A stretch of DNA of 63,246 bases, counting the filler, from Sphacelaria rigidula (lineage: Eukaryota), in the NCBI GenBank assembly GCA_964200075.2. It is 9 parts of 9 records of this genome, joined end to end, with 100 filler letters (N's around TTAATTAATTAA, not from the genome) between each part and the next. Parts side by side here need not be neighbours in the genome. Positions count along the whole stretch, not along the records: positions 56,309 to 63,246 come from CAXNAA020017318.1; 8 more parts are not named here. One strand, given 5' to 3'. The position numbers and the translations under genes were made by a program. Position 1 is the stretch's first letter, and each line of letters starts with the position of its first letter. Below are positions 62,061 through 63,246 of the stretch, piece after piece. A model generated the notes under the pieces. It was not told where the DNA came from. It did no database searches and was given only the letters and a program-made list of their open reading frames with translations.

Positions 62061-62759
62061 GTGCATGTGTCAGCGGTGTTGAACTTGGTTTCAGTCTACG
62101 AGCCCGTGTTGGAGGCATTATTTAGCGTTGGTGAGCCAGCCAAAGAACTGAAAGATACCAGACCCCCAACAAGTACTGAGATTGGTATACCCCAGAACAT
62201 TGACTGCATCTCACATCGTGACTAAAATCAAACAAGCTGGAGATGCTCTCGGAAAAGATCGAGAGAGAAAGACGGTAAGGAAGCGCGGATGGAGCAGTAA
62301 ACAGTGGACGGGTAAAGTACGAGTAGTGCTCGTAATTGGAGTCCGTAGCGATACGACAAGAACAGGTTTTGAAAAGAAATGCGATGAAGTAGGACTACAC
62401 TGCTTGGCAATAGGAAAAGTAGACAAGGGAGGGTAAACACTTCCGAGTCACGCTAAAACACAGACAGAGAGTATGGAGTGGGAAAGGATAGAGACAACTA
62501 AGGTGTTGGCATGGGTTATAAGGGTAGAATGAAGAATATGTGGAGTAGCCCTACTGCCAAGTAGTGTAGCCCTCGGGTAAACGGAGGAAAGGGGAAGCAG
62601 AAAAACGTAAAAGCAAGGGGGGCATAGGGGAGGGGAAATAGCGGCCCAAAGTAAACAAACAAGAACCGAACGCGAAGCGGGAACGGCAATCGAGCAAGGG
62701 AGAATAGAAGTGATAACGGCGAAGTGACAACATTAGACAAAAGGAGAGTGGATAATGAT

Positions 62760-63185
62760 TCCAAGAGAAAGTTGAGAATAGGATCGGAGGACACGTGTGG
62801 ATTCGCCACGGACGAGCTCAAAAGAACAGAGATAGCCGAACAATGAGTAAGGGCGACGTAACTATAGTGGGAATAAAAGCGTCATCAAAAAAAGAGAGGG
62901 TGGAAATAGGACGCAAAGTTGGAGATTACGCATAGATGGGGGGAAAGCGGAAGGGACAGAATGTTAGGAACAGCGGAGCGGGGGGAATAGTATTCTTAGT
63001 CAAGGAATACCTGTGTGGCATGATAGAAATGATCTGAGACACAGAATTCGAGGAGAGCATATAGATAGGGGTACCGGGTGAGCGGGGAACGAAACATTTC
63101 TCGTAGGAAACATCTATATGCCCCCAGAATCGAAGAGTACGGTAAACGACATACAGAGTAGTTTTGCAGAGATACGAGCTGGGGC
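62760..63185 (+). mobile_element. LINE ORF2 N-terminal APE endonuclease relic, with a possible ORF1 remnant upstream from about 62200
   Basis: RKLRIGS...CGFATDE...GGIVFLVKEYL...EESI*IGVPGERG...GNIYMPPESKS resembles APE-like endonuclease motifs. Many stops. Confidence 0.7.
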
Positions 63186-63246
63186 AGTTTAAAAGCTGCT
63201 AAAAGTTGCTCACACCACAGCTTCCTCAGTTTCCCGAATGAACCCG

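Overview
This is eukaryotic, repeat-dominated DNA, not a prokaryotic locus and not one contiguous region. It is nine scaffolds of 6,938-6,939 bp joined by artificial 100-bp spacers (N44-TTAATTAATTAA-N44), so adjacency across spacers means nothing. The retroelement motifs and an mTERF-like exon suggest a stramenopile, probably a brown alga (inference). Contents: decayed Ty1/copia elements (49.3-56.2 kb), a chromodomain Ty3/gypsy deletion derivative (39.4-42.1 kb), a second gypsy RT/RNase H relic (45.7-46.6 kb), three LINE relics, four copies of a tRNA-headed SINE, a Stowaway-like MITE, nested TIR elements, and several long fold-back palindromes. Two credible host exons are visible: an mTERF-repeat exon and a first exon carrying a YxxxxLL eIF4E-binding-type motif. 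Most ORFs in the six-frame track look spurious. I found no CRISPR array, rRNA, intact tRNA or complete gene, and cannot support a wholly new biological system. The best leads are a CACACC-terminated TIR family with a shared 8-bp target sequence, a high-copy repeat that ends at poly-C tracts, and the eIF4E-motif exon.
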